Origin: Candidatus Saccharimonadota bacterium
GTDB taxonomy: Bacteria; Patescibacteriota; Saccharimonadia; CAILAD01; BJGX01
DNA: 64,000 bases
Direction: 5' to 3'
Assembly: GCA_016191105.1 (NCBI GenBank)
Contig: JACPPH010000003.1
Location: forward strand, 15,492-79,491
The notes under the pieces are model-generated. The model saw nothing but the letters and a program-made list of their open reading frames with translations, was not told the origin of the DNA and ran no database searches. Every line of letters begins with the position of its first letter. Position 1 is the first letter of the stretch. The position numbers and the translations under genes were made by a program. Positions 38,193-48,169 of this stretch are shown one piece after another.

Positions 38193-39323
38193 CTACCCGC
38201 TCGCCTGTGTCTCTTGGGCAGCTTCGGTCTTGACTGCTTTTTTGGCTGGTTTTACGCTGTCGGCTTTGAGGCTTAATGATAGTTTGTGGTGTTCTGCCTC
38301 GATAGCAATAACTTTGAAACTACGTGTTTCGCCCACCTTAACAAGTTTAGAAGGATCGCTAACGTGGTCTTCTGAAAGTTCTGATATGTGTACCAGAGCC
38401 TCGATTATTGGGTTGACCTGCACAAAAGCACCAAACGGTGTTATGCGGGTAACTTTCCCTGCAACGGTGTCGCCAACTTTGTATTTTGAGATCTCCGACA
38501 TCCAGGGATCCTTGCTTAACTGCTTAATCGATAGCGACAGCTTATCTTGGTCGATAGCAATAATCACGGCCTCGATTTCTTGGCCGACTTTTACATAGTG
38601 AGCCGGATTATCGACGCGGTCCCAGGCAATTTCGGAAATGTGAACCAAGCCTTCGATGCCATCAACATTTACAAATACACCAAAGTCAACAACACCGGTT
38701 ACTATGCCCTTCACCTTATTACCGACTTTAAACGATGAGATCTTGCCTTCGGTAAATTCACGTTGAGCTTCTTTTTCGGACACAATCAATTTATTCTGCT
38801 TTCGATCAAGATCTAAAATTCGCACCATAAGCGTTCTACTTACCAGCCCATTTAGCCGATGTAGGATTTCGTCTTTGTCGGCACCCGTTACCCGGGGATA
38901 ATTCTCGGCCGAAAGCTGGCTGACCGGCAAAAAGCCGCGAACACCCTCAACCTCAATCAAGAGGCCACCCTTGTTGGCATCGAATGGTACTATGCCAAAG
39001 GTTTCTTTGTCGGCAAATCGCTTTTCTAAAACGTCCCAACCCTTCTCTTTAGCCACCCGCTTAAGACTCAAAATCGCATAGCCCTCGGGGGTTTCTGGCA
39101 CAACCACCGAGGCACTAATAACATCACCAACCTGGAGTGAACCGCTAGAGTGTTCTAGTTCTTTGCCAACAACCAATCCAGTACCAAAGACGCCTAGATC
39201 TAGCCAGATTTCGTGCTTATCAACACTCAGTACGGCTCCCTCTACTACGTCTTCGGCTTCGAGAGCACGAACCGTATTTGAACTCAAAAGCTCTGCCATT
39301 ACAGCATTGTCTTGATTTTGCAT
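38193..39323 (-). CDS. rpsA: 30S ribosomal protein S1 (four S1 domains)
   Basis: 376 aa with four tandem S1 OB-fold repeats (G.V.G.V..I...GAFV.....G..G..H.SE). AAGGAG SD. Confidence 0.75.
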   Translation of the reverse strand: MQNQDNAVMAELLSSNTVRALEAEDVVEGAVLSVDKHEIWLDLGVFGTGLVVGKELEHSSGSLQVGDVISASVVVPETPEGYAILSLKRVAKEKGWDVLEKRFADKETFGIVPFDANKGGLLIEVEGVRGFLPVSQLSAENYPRVTGADKDEILHRLNGLVSRTLMVRILDLDRKQNKLIVSEKEAQREFTEGKISSFKVGNKVKGIVTGVVDFGVFVNVDGIEGLVHISEIAWDRVDNPAHYVKVGQEIEAVIIAIDQDKLSLSIKQLSKDPWMSEISKYKVGDTVAGKVTRITPFGAFVQVNPIIEALVHISELSEDHVSDPSKLVKVGETRSFKVIAIEAEHHKLSLSLKADSVKPAKKAVKTEAAQETQASG

Positions 39324-39514
39324 ATTTAACTTTGCTCCTTAGGTATAGATTTATTGGCTTTTTGGCCAATATATTAGCGTTAGACACTAACCGGCTCATA
39401 GCACCAGGTTTTGGCCTAAACGTCTTACTAACTATACCTTGTATCGGGTTATTTGTAAAGTTTAGCGTAATGCCAGTGGCTTTTGCAACCAAAATGGTCG
39501 CCTGTTAACCCTGT

Positions 39515-39760
39515 AAAATGACCAATAAACGAACAGGCCAGCCCTCACGACACATACAAAATCGCACCCGGGTAAGACCCCAAAACGACAGTGCTCAGTT
39601 AGAACGCCTTAACAAAACTGTTCAAGATGAATGCTTGGGGGCGCCATTTTTAAGCCAGCAGATATTAACTACTTACTAGAAGATTGGCTAGAGTACTAGC
39701 CCAGCGAAAAAATTAAACCTAGGCATAAGTCTGCATACACCCAGCCAAATGTTACAAAGG
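39515..39760 (+). pseudogene. IS481/IS3-family (rve integrase-core) transposase C-terminal remnant
   Basis: Translation gives ...TRVRPQNDSAQLERLNKTVQDECLGAPFLSQQILTTY*KIG*STSPAKKLNLGISLHTPSQML. It matches the rve C-terminus (P.TNG.VER.NRTL.EE...W...YN..RPH..L...TP) but holds in-frame stop codons and has no upstream catalytic region. Confidence 0.55.
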
Positions 39761-39771
39761 TGCAGAGCTAG

Positions 39772-40182
39772 TTATGGTTTAACAGGTTTGCGCGAGCGCC
39801 AGTACATATAGGCTAGAGTCGCCAAGATTGTAAGCGGTATTACGCTGGTTTCGCCACCCGTAGCCGGCATAGAAGCTGGGTTATTGCTTGATTGAGCCGG
39901 TGGCGTGGTAGATGGCGCTGGCAATGGTGTTGGTTGGTCTGGTGTTGGTGTTTGGGCAGGCTTATTGGCAGAACCGCTCTGGCTGGCCTGATCTTTAGGC
40001 TTTTGGTCTTCTGGCACTGTTAGTTCTTGCTTGCTTTGAGTATTTGACTGGCTTTGGTTGCTGCTCTGGTTACTTTTGGTTTGCTTGACCCGCTGCATAT
40101 TACCATACCAAAAAGTCGCTGCCACTACGGCAACTATCAGAACTACACCGACAGCAAGTTTAATTAAAGTTGGTTTGTGCAT
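39772..40182 (-). CDS. Putative sortase-anchored surface protein (LPxTG-like MPATG sorting signal)
   Basis: N-terminal TM/signal, a Gln/Ser/Pro-rich low-complexity stalk, and a C-terminal MPATGG motif. A hydrophobic stretch TSVIPLTILATLAYMYW and a basic tail RSRKPVKP follow. Confidence 0.5.
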   Translation of the reverse strand: MHKPTLIKLAVGVVLIVAVVAATFWYGNMQRVKQTKSNQSSNQSQSNTQSKQELTVPEDQKPKDQASQSGSANKPAQTPTPDQPTPLPAPSTTPPAQSSNNPASMPATGGETSVIPLTILATLAYMYWRSRKPVKP

Positions 40183-40290
40183 AGTTGTTTACGCATTAAT
40201 TGTACGGCTAATCAACACAGGCCTACAAGCATAAGCAGCCAATTAATTAGCTGGTTTCCTAAGTTTAAGCAGTTGTTTTATAATATTCTT

Positions 40291-41124
40291 ATGCTAGTTG
40301 GCATAGACATTGGTGGCAGCAAGATTCATGTAGCTAGTTCGCACTTGGGTAAAAAAATCGAGCGTGAACATATATTCCCCACGCCTACCAACCAAAGAAC
40401 TGTTGGCCCAACCCTAATCAAGGCCGTGAGGGAGGTCTGTGGTCGTAGCCCAATCGATGCCATTGGCATTAGCTCTCCCGGCCCTATAGACAAAAGGCGC
40501 GGCATGGTTCTGACACCCTCACACATACCGTGGCACAATCTTAGGATAGTTGAGCCACTACGTAAGGCATTCGGGTGCCCAGTGGCTATAGAAAATGATG
40601 CTAATTGTGGCGGTATGGCCGAAGCCAAATATGGTGCCGGCAAACCGTTCAAGGTTTTTGTGTACATAACCATTTCGAGCGGTATTGGTACGGCCATTAT
40701 GGTAAAAGGCCAGCCACTGCCCACACCACACAACAGCGAAGGTGGCCGTATGATTATAGAGCCAAGCCTGGAGGCGGTTGAAGGGCGAATCGGCACATTT
40801 GAGAGCCTTTGCAGCGGCCAGGCGGTTGTAAGGCGCTTTGGCGCGATTGCAGCCGAGATCCACGATCACGATACTGCCAGCTGGGAGATAATTGCCCACG
40901 AACTAGCCCTGGGGTTTTACAACATCATTACCCTAGTCAACCCCGAAGCTTTGGTGCTGGCCGGTGGTTTTAGCCTCAACCACAAAAAATTCATTAGGCA
41001 CGTTAAACAAAATTTGCACAGCATGCCGCTGCTCTACCCACCACCCAAAATTGTGCCGGCCAAACACATTTTAAACGCCCCCGTCTTAGGTGCGCTATTG
41101 TTAAGTACTGAATTAATTACCTAA
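40291..41124 (+). CDS. ROK-family sugar kinase (glucokinase-like)
   Basis: LVGIDIGGSKIHVA matches the ROK/actin-fold N-terminal motif. ...ENDANCGGMAE and a CxCGxxGC-like region are also present. The longest ORF starts at 40177. Confidence 0.8.
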   Translation: MLVGIDIGGSKIHVASSHLGKKIEREHIFPTPTNQRTVGPTLIKAVREVCGRSPIDAIGISSPGPIDKRRGMVLTPSHIPWHNLRIVEPLRKAFGCPVAIENDANCGGMAEAKYGAGKPFKVFVYITISSGIGTAIMVKGQPLPTPHNSEGGRMIIEPSLEAVEGRIGTFESLCSGQAVVRRFGAIAAEIHDHDTASWEIIAHELALGFYNIITLVNPEALVLAGGFSLNHKKFIRHVKQNLHSMPLLYPPPKIVPAKHILNAPVLGALLLSTELIT

Positions 41125-41130
41125 AAGCCG

Positions 41131-41640
41131 TTGTGGCGTTTGTGCATGGGAGCGTATACTAAGAGTAAATGGAGGGGGGAACAAAAATTGGAAATCATAG
41201 CGCATTTTCCGCAGCTATCTTTTGTAGATAGCAGCTATTTTGCCTACGACGCATCTGAAGACCAGATTTATTACGACGGCAAACGGTTGCCTACCTCGAT
41301 TGGCAAACTCAGCCTGCTACACGAGATCAGCCACTGTCTGCTGGGACACTTTCACTACAATTCAGATATTGAACTGCTTATGATGGAGCTAGCCGCCTGG
41401 GACAAAACCCGACAGTTAGCGGCTAAACATGGCGTAGATGCTAGTGAAAGCTACATACGAAGCTGCGTTACGACCTATGACAACTGGCTCACCAAGCGCG
41501 CTACCTGCCCAGTTTGCCAGAACTTTTGCTTACAACACGACGAGGCTGAATTTCGTTGCTTTGTTTGTTCTGCCAAATGGCGAGTTAGTAAGCGCACCGA
41601 CACCCGTGTGGTGCGTCGATTGATTCAAGTCGAAGCCTAA
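41131..41640 (+). CDS. SprT/ImmA-like zinc metallopeptidase with C-terminal zinc ribbon
   Basis: HExxH motif (LLHEISHCLLGH) and a C-terminal CPVCQNF...CFVCSAKW ribbon. Start uncertain (ATG 41131, 41146, or TTG 41188). Confidence 0.45.
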   Translation: MWRLCMGAYTKSKWRGEQKLEIIAHFPQLSFVDSSYFAYDASEDQIYYDGKRLPTSIGKLSLLHEISHCLLGHFHYNSDIELLMMELAAWDKTRQLAAKHGVDASESYIRSCVTTYDNWLTKRATCPVCQNFCLQHDEAEFRCFVCSAKWRVSKRTDTRVVRRLIQVEA

Positions 41641-41692
41641 ATCAAAAAAGCCCCGTGTGTTTGGAGCTTTTTTGAAAATACTGCTGCTACAC

Positions 41693-41887
41693 TTAAGCCT
41701 TGGCTGTTTTGCGACTGCGCAAACCGCCTATGCGACCTGCAGTTCGAGCTAGTTCTGGGTTGGCAGCAAAACCACCACCCACGCTCTTTTTGCCACCCAT
41801 AGCACCAATTTTGACATAAAATTCTTTGCCATAGCGCTTTTTGTTGGTAGCAGCGGCTAGTTTGCCGCCAGCTTTTGTTCCGGCCAT
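41693..41887 (-). CDS. KGG-repeat general stress protein (YciG-like)
   Basis: 64 aa. GGKKSVGGGFAANPELARTAGRIGG resembles the KGG stress-induced repeat (..ASEAGRKGG..). Confidence 0.5.
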   Translation of the reverse strand: MAGTKAGGKLAAATNKKRYGKEFYVKIGAMGGKKSVGGGFAANPELARTAGRIGGLRSRKTAKA

Positions 41888-42073
41888 AAGACCTCCTTTG
41901 GTTTATTCAAAGGAGTCTGACTTATAACTCTTCACCTGCTTTACTAGGAGACCCTCCAAGAGTGTCAAACTCTTGGTTAATTTATTTAACGATAAGCATT
42001 TTACCAGCTTATGCTTATAATGTCAACACTTTTTAAGTGCTTGTGGTTAAGTTTTAGGTAAGAACCCTAAGCT

Positions 42074-42454
42074 TTAGCCAGAGCAAAGCCCAAGACCAAT
42101 CTCTTGCATATTAACCCAGCCATATTTAAATCCAGGTGAAAGTTGATAGCAACGGGTCGAGCCCGCTATATTCACAACCTTATCGCCGCCTAAACTACGG
42201 TAGGGCTTACTTCCCTGAGACGAACCACTGACATACTGTGTATAGTAGTCATATCCGCCACTGTAGCCGTCGTAGCGCGCAGTTACACTGCCAGGGACAA
42301 CAGGATTAGGGGTGACAGCAGCCCGACTAAAGCGCATATATATAATTCCTGCAATAGCAACTAGAGCCACCAAGATAATAGCTATATACCACTTAAAACT
42401 AGAGGTGTTCTTTGTTAGGCTTTTTTTGGCAGTCTTAGATTTTTTGGCAGTCAT
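42074..42454 (-). CDS. Membrane-anchored secreted protein, member of the paralogous Lys-rich/WWM/RFSRA leader family
   Basis: MTAKKSKTAKKS...FKWYIAIILVALVAIAGIIYMRFSRAAV shares the N-terminal module. Cys-containing C-terminal domain. Immediately downstream of the lnt-like gene. Confidence 0.5.
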   Translation of the reverse strand: MTAKKSKTAKKSLTKNTSSFKWYIAIILVALVAIAGIIYMRFSRAAVTPNPVVPGSVTARYDGYSGGYDYYTQYVSGSSQGSKPYRSLGGDKVVNIAGSTRCYQLSPGFKYGWVNMQEIGLGLCSG

Positions 42455-42479
42455 TACATAGCCTTTAAATTAGATTGTT

Positions 42480-44099
42480 CTAACCGTTAGTATAGCTATT
42501 ACGCTTATGGTTGTCAAGCTTGCGCCTTGAGTAAACGGCCGCTACCACCAAGACGCCAGCGCTGGCCACCACTGCCCATTCGCCCAGTAGGGTATAGAGA
42601 GTTTTGGTGTTATTAAGTTTTACACTTTCAACCAACAGCTCCAGGTTTTGTTGGCCACTTTTGGCTAGCCAGCTACCGTTTTGATCAATTATAAACGAAT
42701 AGCTACCGTCGGTGGCCTGCACAAACGGTCGGGCGTTGGCTACGGCTATAAAGCGCGCCATTTGCTGGGCTTGCTGGTGATAGGCTGGAGCCTTGGCAAA
42801 GATAGACAAGCTAGCCGAGTTGGTTAGTATTTGAGCTCCGCCAACCGCTAGGCTCCGATATAGTTCGGGCCCAATCGCGCCCGAACAAGCCAGCGCACCT
42901 ATTTTGAGATCATTTAATTCAAAGGTCGTATCGGGCTTTGGGCTTCTGGTTACTTCGCGGCTCTGAAACTGATCATCAATAACTTTGCCTTGGCCAATAG
43001 CTTTAAGTAAGAAAATAAAGGCGTATGGCATAGCCTCGCCGATGGGGATCAGAAACTGCTTGTCTTGTTCTCGCACAATCTTGCCCTCTGGGTTATACAC
43101 GGTTAAGGTATTGCGCCGCTCTGTGCTATCCGCTCCCGGTTGGGTTTGGGTTGAGGTAATTATGGGGGCGTTTTCGCTGCTTAGCAGTTTGTGAGCCAGA
43201 GCTTGATCGGTCTGGCTTTTGTCTTCGGCAAAAATACCGGAGTATTCTGATAATACCAAAACCTCAGCTTGTTTTGCTTGCGATAGCTTAAACAGACCCT
43301 GCCGAAAATCAAGTCCACCAATCTGTAGCGAATCGTTGGTGCCAAGCTGTACAGCCGCAACACTTATAGACTTAGAGCTAGCGTCTTTATAAATTAACCA
43401 GGACAGGACAGTTGCAAGCATTAACCCAAACCCAATAACAGCTGGTAGCTTCCAGCGTTTGTGCAGCAGCCAAAAGACGGCTAAATTCACCACAACAACT
43501 GCAAAGCTTAGCCCCCACAAGCCAACGAATCGGCTCAAGTATACCAATGGTGTTACACTAGCTGCAAAGCCTAGCGCGCCAAAGTTCCAAAACGGCCCAA
43601 GCGTGGTGTTAGGCCCACTCGAAATAACCGAGAACAGCCAGCTACGCACAAACTCCCCAATTACCCAAGCCGCTGGCAAGGTTAAAAATACCCAGGGGTT
43701 GTCGAGCTTAGATTTGGTGAGTTTGTAGAGCCAGCCAGCTACTACAAACCCAACCGACAGCACCAGAGCAAATGCCAAATAGCCAAACACTAGCCCGCCG
43801 ATAGCAGTCCAGCCACTAGTGCCGGCCCAGCGCTCCGGCTGGGTTTGGAGCATCCAAAACAAAATTATGGCTTGAGAACCAAAGCCAACCATCCACCAAA
43901 AACCCAAAGCCTTAACTTCCCCGTGTTTTTGCAGATACTGCAGTAAATAAAGCAGCGGTAAAAGCCCCACCAGGCCAAGCCAGCCTAGGTTATAGCCCAA
44001 AAAGGGTAGGCTTAAGCCAATTATGCTTAAGAGCGTTAGGGCAGCAGCAACTAAGGCTGGTTTGTGTTTCTTATACCAGCGTTTGACCTGTGTTTTCAT
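42480..44099 (-). CDS. lnt: Apolipoprotein N-acyltransferase-like protein (polytopic N-terminus + CN-hydrolase domain), paralogue 1
   Basis: 539 aa with about 6 N-terminal TM helices, a CN-hydrolase domain with an E/K/C triad (VLVLSEYSG, KQFLIPIGEAMPY as the Lnt KxxLVPFGE motif, ALACSGAI) and a C-terminal TM. Confidence 0.65.
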   Translation of the reverse strand: MKTQVKRWYKKHKPALVAAALTLLSIIGLSLPFLGYNLGWLGLVGLLPLLYLLQYLQKHGEVKALGFWWMVGFGSQAIILFWMLQTQPERWAGTSGWTAIGGLVFGYLAFALVLSVGFVVAGWLYKLTKSKLDNPWVFLTLPAAWVIGEFVRSWLFSVISSGPNTTLGPFWNFGALGFAASVTPLVYLSRFVGLWGLSFAVVVVNLAVFWLLHKRWKLPAVIGFGLMLATVLSWLIYKDASSKSISVAAVQLGTNDSLQIGGLDFRQGLFKLSQAKQAEVLVLSEYSGIFAEDKSQTDQALAHKLLSSENAPIITSTQTQPGADSTERRNTLTVYNPEGKIVREQDKQFLIPIGEAMPYAFIFLLKAIGQGKVIDDQFQSREVTRSPKPDTTFELNDLKIGALACSGAIGPELYRSLAVGGAQILTNSASLSIFAKAPAYHQQAQQMARFIAVANARPFVQATDGSYSFIIDQNGSWLAKSGQQNLELLVESVKLNNTKTLYTLLGEWAVVASAGVLVVAAVYSRRKLDNHKRNSYTNG

Positions 44100-44178
44100 T
44101 TAGCTATAGTATAACCGAATCGTTCAACCAAAAAAACTTACTGCTTATGCTATAATTTAACCTGGCACAACTAAAGCT

Positions 44179-44874
44179 GTGGCCACGAACATTATGATAC
44201 GAGCTATTAAAGTTTCGAAAAAATATAAATACAATGGCGTGGAGCAACTAGCCTTGCAAAACGTCTCGCTTATGGTGCCAACCGGCAAAAGCATGGCCAT
44301 TATTGGCAAAAGCGGGTCGGGCAAGAGCACACTCATGCACATACTCTCTGGGTTAGATACGCCAGATTTTGGACGAGTGCTTTTGGGCAAGAATGATCTA
44401 GATGCGCTTTCGCAAAAAGAAAAAGACAGATTGCGCAACCGCTACATTGGTTTTGTGTTCCAGAGTTTTTTTTTGCTACCCAAAGAGCCAGTTTGGCGCA
44501 ATGTAGCCATGCCACTAGAAATAGCCGGTGTTGGGCTCGAGGAGCGCCGCACCGACGCCATGAAGGCCCTGGGCTTTGTGCAGATGCAAGACTTTGCCGA
44601 AAGGCCAGCATTTGAGCTCTCCGGCGGCCAAAAACAACGGGTTTGCATAGCCCGGGCCGTGGTAAATGCACCCCACTACCTGTTTGCCGATGAGCCGACC
44701 GGCAACTTAGACGACAAAACTGGTGCCCAAATAGAGGAACTGCTTTTTGCCATGAACGAGGCTCTGGGTAGCACTCTGGTGATGGTTACCCACAACCTAA
44801 AACTGGCTAAAAAGTGTAATGAGGTGGTAGAGATAGAAGACGGCAAAATTGCCAAGGTTGAGGGGCTGTGGTGA
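44179..44874 (+). CDS. ABC transporter ATP-binding protein (MacB/LolD/FtsE-type)
   Basis: Walker A GKSGSGKST, ABC signature LSGGQKQR, Walker B LFADEPTGNLD, H-loop THN. Confidence 0.9.
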   Translation: MATNIMIRAIKVSKKYKYNGVEQLALQNVSLMVPTGKSMAIIGKSGSGKSTLMHILSGLDTPDFGRVLLGKNDLDALSQKEKDRLRNRYIGFVFQSFFLLPKEPVWRNVAMPLEIAGVGLEERRTDAMKALGFVQMQDFAERPAFELSGGQKQRVCIARAVVNAPHYLFADEPTGNLDDKTGAQIEELLFAMNEALGSTLVMVTHNLKLAKKCNEVVEIEDGKIAKVEGLW

Positions 44875-44875
44875 T

Positions 44876-46153
44876 ATGAAAGTAGCCGACGTTTTTAAAC
44901 GCAGCTTAGAAGGCATTAAGCAAAACAAAGTGCGAGTAGCCCTTACCTCTTGCGCCATTGCCATTGGCGCCTTTGCCCTCATGATTACCTTTGGCCTGGG
45001 CGAGGGCGCCCGCCAAGCCGCCGCCACTTTAGTTGCTAGCTCGCTCAACAACCAGGTTATTAAGGTTAGCCCTAAGCAGCCCGAAAGCAGTTTTCTTTCT
45101 GCCACCACACTTCAGGAGTACAATGCCGAGCAGGCTGGCAAAAACAAAAATGAGCCCAAATTGCTTACCGAGAGCGACATTAAAAAGATAGAGGGGCTCA
45201 AGGGGGTGGGCCAAGTAATTCGCAACTACCCTTTTACCCTCGAGTATTTAGAAGCCAACGGCAAAAAATTTGTTATTAGTGCTAGTCAATATAGCCCGAT
45301 CTACAAGCCGCAGCTTGTAGCTGGCGAGGCAGGTGGTAGCATTGGTGTCGACGGCATAATAGTGCCCGAGGTTTTTTTAAGCCAGCTGGGCTTGGGTTCG
45401 GCTCAAACCGCCATTGGCAAAACCCTGCCAGTTACCTATTTCGATCGTGAGCGCTTAGCCAGCCGGATCCAAAACTTTAAGGTTGTGGCGGTTAGCAAAA
45501 AGCCCATTACCAGCGCTCTGCCATCTAATTTTCAGGTCTCTGAGTCGGCCGCTTCGAAAATCAGTTCTTTTCAGAGCAGCGATAGTAGCAAGGTTGGCTA
45601 CGGCAGCCTAACAGTGGTTGTGCCAGCCCAATACGGCATTGAGGGGGTCGATGTGGTTAAACAAAACATCGCTAAACTTGGTTTTACGGTGTCAACCGAT
45701 GCCGAGAGCGCCAAAGGTTTAACCGATGTTATAAACGGCTTACAGCTGTTTTTGGCTGCCTTTGCAGCCGCAACCTTGCTAGCCGCCGTGTTTGGCATTA
45801 TTAATACCGAATTAATTGGTATATTAGAGCGTAAGCAAGAAATTGGCCTGCTCAAGGCCTTGGGCATTCGTGGCCACACCCTGTTTGCCATTTTTACGGT
45901 CGAAGCCGGCTGGATTGGGCTTTTTGGCACAATCTTAGGCATAGTTCTGGCTTTTGTGTTAAGCCTGTTTATAAATCCACTCATTGCCAAGCGGCTAGAT
46001 ATATTTGCCGACTCCGGCTCGGCACTAGTATTCACACCAACTCAAGTGCTGGGAATAATTATCTTGCTGCTGGTTATTGCATTGGTCTCGGGTGTTTTAC
46101 CGGCCGCCAAAGCTGTACAAATGGATCCAATCGAAGCGTTGAGGACTGAGTAG
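44876..46153 (+). CDS. ABC transporter permease, FtsX/MacB family with extracytoplasmic domain
   Basis: N-terminal TM, a large periplasmic domain, and C-terminal FtsX-like 3-TM bundle. Start overlaps the ATPase stop (gtggTGAtATGa). Confidence 0.8.
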   Translation: MKVADVFKRSLEGIKQNKVRVALTSCAIAIGAFALMITFGLGEGARQAAATLVASSLNNQVIKVSPKQPESSFLSATTLQEYNAEQAGKNKNEPKLLTESDIKKIEGLKGVGQVIRNYPFTLEYLEANGKKFVISASQYSPIYKPQLVAGEAGGSIGVDGIIVPEVFLSQLGLGSAQTAIGKTLPVTYFDRERLASRIQNFKVVAVSKKPITSALPSNFQVSESAASKISSFQSSDSSKVGYGSLTVVVPAQYGIEGVDVVKQNIAKLGFTVSTDAESAKGLTDVINGLQLFLAAFAAATLLAAVFGIINTELIGILERKQEIGLLKALGIRGHTLFAIFTVEAGWIGLFGTILGIVLAFVLSLFINPLIAKRLDIFADSGSALVFTPTQVLGIIILLLVIALVSGVLPAAKAVQMDPIEALRTE

Positions 46154-46154
46154 C

Positions 46155-46496
46155 CTACAAAAACTTAAACGAACCAGGTATACACATAACTAATTCATTT
46201 GGCGCCTGGGGTGGACATACATATTGGATATTAAGAGGCCCGTATTTTATAACATGGACTCCTTTCACTCCATTGTCCGTGGCTCGGCAAAAAAGACCGC
46301 CAAAAAAATACTTACAATATCCTTGGGGAACCCAATCTGGGTCTGAGCTTGCATAGCTCTCATAAACAACAAAAACACCTAAGGCGGCCACCAAGCCCAC
46401 CATAACCACCACCATCCATACTGGCACAGCGGCTTTGGCCTTGAGGCCTTTGCCGGATACGCTTGATTTTGTTTTAACTTTCTTTTTTGCTGGCAT
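46155..46496 (-). CDS. Membrane-anchored secreted protein, member of the paralogous leader family (divergent)
   Basis: MPAKKKVKTKSS...VPVWMVVVMVGLVAALGVFVVY, then a Cys-rich C-terminal domain. Immediately downstream of the second lnt-like gene. Confidence 0.45.
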   Translation of the reverse strand: MPAKKKVKTKSSVSGKGLKAKAAVPVWMVVVMVGLVAALGVFVVYESYASSDPDWVPQGYCKYFFGGLFCRATDNGVKGVHVIKYGPLNIQYVCPPQAPNELVMCIPGSFKFL

Positions 46497-46556
46497 TTCG
46501 TTACCTATTAAAGATGTAACTATTAAAACTTAGGTTCTATTTTGACAAAACCCAAG

Positions 46557-48149
46557 CTAGTTGTCAAACTTTTTACGCTTAATGTAGTAAGCAAAGTAGG
46601 CAGCTGTAAAAATGAAACTAAGAACAACCACCCATTCTCCCAAGATAGTATAGAGGGTTCGCCTACCCGGCACCCCCACTGTGGCACTTTTGTAGGCAAA
46701 GCCAAAGTCCTGATTGATTTTCTCGACACTGCCGTCCTTATTGAGTATAAATGAGTAAGTACCAAAAGCTCCTTGCGCGTACGGGCGGGCATTGGCCATA
46801 GCCATAAAGCGGGCGGTTTGCAGGCTTTGCTCGTGGTAAACAGTTGCTTTTAACAGCCCAGCGGGCGAGGCTGGGTTTGTCATAACATTGCCGCCCTGCC
46901 GTACTTGCTGCCGGAACAGTTCTGGCGCAATCGCCCCCGAGCAGGCTTGGGCAGCGATTTTTAGGTTATTAACCAACAAAGGCATGCCGTTTGCTGCGCC
47001 CTTTGCCACATACAAATTGTTTCTTTGCTTGGCTACAAAACTACTCTGCCCACCTGCTCTTAAAACAACCTCCAAAATATATGGTAGGTATTCCCCGATT
47101 GGAATTAAAAAGGCTTTATCTTGTCTGCCAATAATGTTGGCGTTCTGGTTGGCTGCTATTAGAACATTTTTACGCGGGACAACCGAACGATCTTCGGTAG
47201 TGGTAATCACCACTCCGTTGTTTTTAAGCACTGGAGCCAGCAGGGCCTGGGCAGCCTTGGGTGTGAGTAGACTACTGCCAATTATCCCTGAATACTCTGG
47301 TAAAACTAGCACGTCAGAAGGTTTTTCGGTATTTGCACCTTGGTTTATTGCCTCTGTAGTTGCTTTTTGCCACACCGCCCTAAGCTGCTGATGGTCTACC
47401 AAAGGCAGACCATATTGAAGGTAGCCAAGGCTCAAACTGCTACTGGTAGTCTTCCAGCCAAAATAGCCTATCATTGTAATTACCAAAACGGCCGCAAAGA
47501 TAATTACCGGCCACAAAAACTTCTTTTTGAACAGCCAAATCCAAGCCAGGCTTATAGCAACCGCCGCAAAGCTCATGCCCCAAAGCCCCACGATTCGCGC
47601 TGCAAACCCCAAAGGCGTTACAGCGAGTGCGAACCCCAAGTTGCCAAAGTTCCAGTATGGACCAACGCTGCCACCTGAGCCTATTGTCACGAGGGACAAC
47701 AACACACTTCGGCTGAACTCAGCTACCACCCAAAAGGCTGGGATAAGTAAAAACACCCAGGGATTTAAAGGGTTCTTTATACAGCGAAAGTACAACCAGC
47801 TAAAAACCACGTACTGCAAACTCAAAATAAGTACAAGTAGACCGTAAACCAGAGCCAGCATAAAAAGACTAAAAGCCTGGTTTAATTGCAATTGTGAACG
47901 ATCAGAGAACAGTAACCAGCCCACAACTATCATCATCGAAGCTAGTCCCGGTAGCCAACCCCAAAAGATCTTCTTAGCAAGGCTCAGTTTTTTACTTGCA
48001 ATAGCCTGTAGTAAAAGCAAGTAAGGGGCAAAGCTAATTAAAATCAGCCAGCCGTAATTGTAGCTCAAAAACGGCACAGCTAGTAGCAGCGCCGAGAGAA
48101 TGCTTAACAAAACTATCTTTTGGGATTCAGAAAAATAGTACTTTTTCAC
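46557..48149 (-). CDS. lnt: Apolipoprotein N-acyltransferase-like protein, paralogue 2
   Basis: 530 aa. Same architecture and motifs as 42480-44099 (VLVLPEYSG, KAFLIPIGEYLPY, AQACSGAI). Confidence 0.65.
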   Translation of the reverse strand: MKKYYFSESQKIVLLSILSALLLAVPFLSYNYGWLILISFAPYLLLLQAIASKKLSLAKKIFWGWLPGLASMMIVVGWLLFSDRSQLQLNQAFSLFMLALVYGLLVLILSLQYVVFSWLYFRCIKNPLNPWVFLLIPAFWVVAEFSRSVLLSLVTIGSGGSVGPYWNFGNLGFALAVTPLGFAARIVGLWGMSFAAVAISLAWIWLFKKKFLWPVIIFAAVLVITMIGYFGWKTTSSSLSLGYLQYGLPLVDHQQLRAVWQKATTEAINQGANTEKPSDVLVLPEYSGIIGSSLLTPKAAQALLAPVLKNNGVVITTTEDRSVVPRKNVLIAANQNANIIGRQDKAFLIPIGEYLPYILEVVLRAGGQSSFVAKQRNNLYVAKGAANGMPLLVNNLKIAAQACSGAIAPELFRQQVRQGGNVMTNPASPAGLLKATVYHEQSLQTARFMAMANARPYAQGAFGTYSFILNKDGSVEKINQDFGFAYKSATVGVPGRRTLYTILGEWVVVLSFIFTAAYFAYYIKRKKFDN

Positions 48150-48169
48150 ACTAGCTAGTATAACAGTTG

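Noticed and set aside
41640-41693. Possible terminator between the SprT-like and KGG-repeat genes (aaaaaagccccgtgtgtttggagctttttt)
   Set aside because: The stem is essentially only A/T-run pairing (aaaaagc/gcttttt) with a long unpaired loop. Too weak to call.
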